The notes under the pieces are model-generated. The model made no database searches and was not told the origin of the DNA. It worked only from the letters and a program-made list of their open reading frames with translations. The position numbers were made by a program, and so were the translations under genes. Positions 61,353-62,917 of a stretch of DNA of 62,917 nucleotides are shown in pieces; the stretch's first letter is position 1; each line of letters opens with the position of its first letter. Origin of the DNA: Geosiphon pyriformis uo1. Taxonomy: Eukaryota > Fungi > Glomeromycota. The stretch covers positions 25,008-87,924 of the forward strand of contig JAAOMT010000787.1 of NCBI GenBank assembly GCA_016748015.1. Reading direction: 5' to 3'.

Positions 61353-62917
61353 TGTTATTCTGATTGGCCTGAATGGCTAGTCACATGTAGAAAAAGCATG
61401 ATTCACTCCTAGTTTAGATTATTTGAATGGTGTATAGTACTAGATTGCATTTGGATTTTACTCATTAAAATAAAAAAAAATAAAAAAATATAATACCAAA
61501 ACATCAAAAAAATTATAAAAAATTGTGTTTATTAACAGAATTCAAAAAATTATTTGACACTAATTTCTTAATATTTATGTTTGTTAATATTTCTAATTTA
61601 TATGTGTATTTACATGTTTTAAATTAGTATTTGCTATAATAATTACTCTTAAAGCCAATTTTTTTGTCTTGTTCAAATTCAATTAAAAATTTAAATCTAA
61701 ATTAGATAATTTTTTAAAATTTTTAAAGAGTGAAAGTGTTTCTAAATTTATTTATTTGATAAAACATTTTTTTTATTGTTAACAGATTAATATTTAATAC
61801 AAAAAACTTAAAAAATTAAACATAATTTTTTTTGTAAGAGTTAAAATAAAAAACTTTATATTTCTAAATACCAAAAAAAAACAAATTAAAAATATTATTA
61901 TTATTAAAAATACCAAAATCAAGTTGCTTAATAGACTTTTTCAATAACAAAATTTCAATACAAGTGCTTTAAAAAGTTGTGTTATTCATATTTTCAAAAG
62001 TATTTATATTTTTATTAACATTATAACTAGTTTCTTTAATATAACATTTCTCAAAATTCTTAATATCTAACTTTATATTAATATTATTATAAAAGCTGTT
62101 AATTTTATTATTCTAAGACACAGAGTTAAAATTCTTATGCGATTCAATTATTTGTATATTCAAAGAACAAATCCAGAAATCTATTACTAATATTTTAATA
62201 ACAAGCTTTCTGGTCTTTTTGTCTATTTTATTCAAATATATTTAAGAGTATTTTTCTTTGCATTAAAATAAGTTTTTTTTTACAATTTTTTAAAGCAGAA
62301 TTAATTTAGAGTTTTGTTCAGGATTCAAAACATTAACTAATTAAAATAACAAGTACAAATGGAAAATGAAGATAACCAATTACAGTTGGGTCTATGAAGA
62401 GCTGTCTAAATATAATAGATAGTAAAATAATGCAATGTTTAAATTTTATCAATTAATAATAATTAATAATACAAATATATTAAAGAGAGGGAAATTGATA
62501 TAAATTAAATAAAAATTCATAAAAAATAACCTTTAAAAAAATCAATCATTTGCAAAGTTAAAACACAACTTGTAAAAATTGGTCGGCAAACAACATCACA
62601 ATTTCATACTCGAGTGTTTCAGTATTTTGCGTAATCCCATATATTGAACAGATCAGTTTTAAGTATTCACCTTTATTAATAATATTAATTGTGACAGCTC
62701 TTTGAATATTTAACTATCAACAGTGTGTAAAAGTAAAAAAATGATATCATTGTAAATGGATAATATACAATAAATAAATAATTAGGTAAATATGAATTAT
62801 ATATATATAATTAATAATACTTTTTTTTACCTCTTTAACACTTCTGAACTGTTCGTTTTTATATTTTTATTGCTATTTCATTTTCTCCATATCGTTAATA
62901 TTCCATTGAACCATGAT

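Larger units (their letters stand above)
35650..61487 (+). mobile_element. Full-length degenerate non-LTR retrotransposon (LINE: ORF1 + APE-RT-RNase H-Zn), ~6.7 kb net, carrying two nested LTR elements
   Basis: 13-bp TSD ATATAATACCAAA at 35637-35649 and 61488-61500; A-rich tail 61467-61487. The ORF2 frame is restored across both LTR insertions. Confidence 0.9.

Overview
This is AT-rich eukaryotic DNA with GT-AG spliceosomal introns. The expanded BTB-BACK-TLDc genes and the transposon types suggest a glomeromycotan (arbuscular-mycorrhizal-type) fungus; this is an inference. The left third holds two tandem 477-aa BTB-BACK-TLDc genes, a third truncated TLDc copy, Tc1/mariner relics, and a 7-exon single-pass membrane gene (DUF4097/adhesin-like repeats) that the ORF track misses. 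The TLDc copies show a gene-conversion-like mosaic with hypervariable patches. Two exact Tn5/Nextera mosaic ends (874, 18219) mark probable assembly junctions. The middle holds an ~8.1-kb inverted duplication (19714-27836) with a solo LTR in one arm only, followed by a heavily AT-eroded LINE relic. The right half is a full-length RNase H-bearing LINE (35650-61487, 13-bp TSD, A-rich tail) interrupted by two complete, degenerate Ty3/gypsy elements of different families (39027-49224, 52390-61281). Both gypsy elements share an unusual layout: a long pre-capsid Gag extension, a dUTPase between protease and RT, a stop plus new ATG before integrase, no chromodomain, and a homologous non-env third ORF ending LDFDGAQ at the PPT. 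Element A also has a multi-zinc-finger cassette before the dUTPase. The transposon repeats I aligned differ almost only by C>T/G>A transitions. All alignments and translations beyond the supplied track were done by eye.
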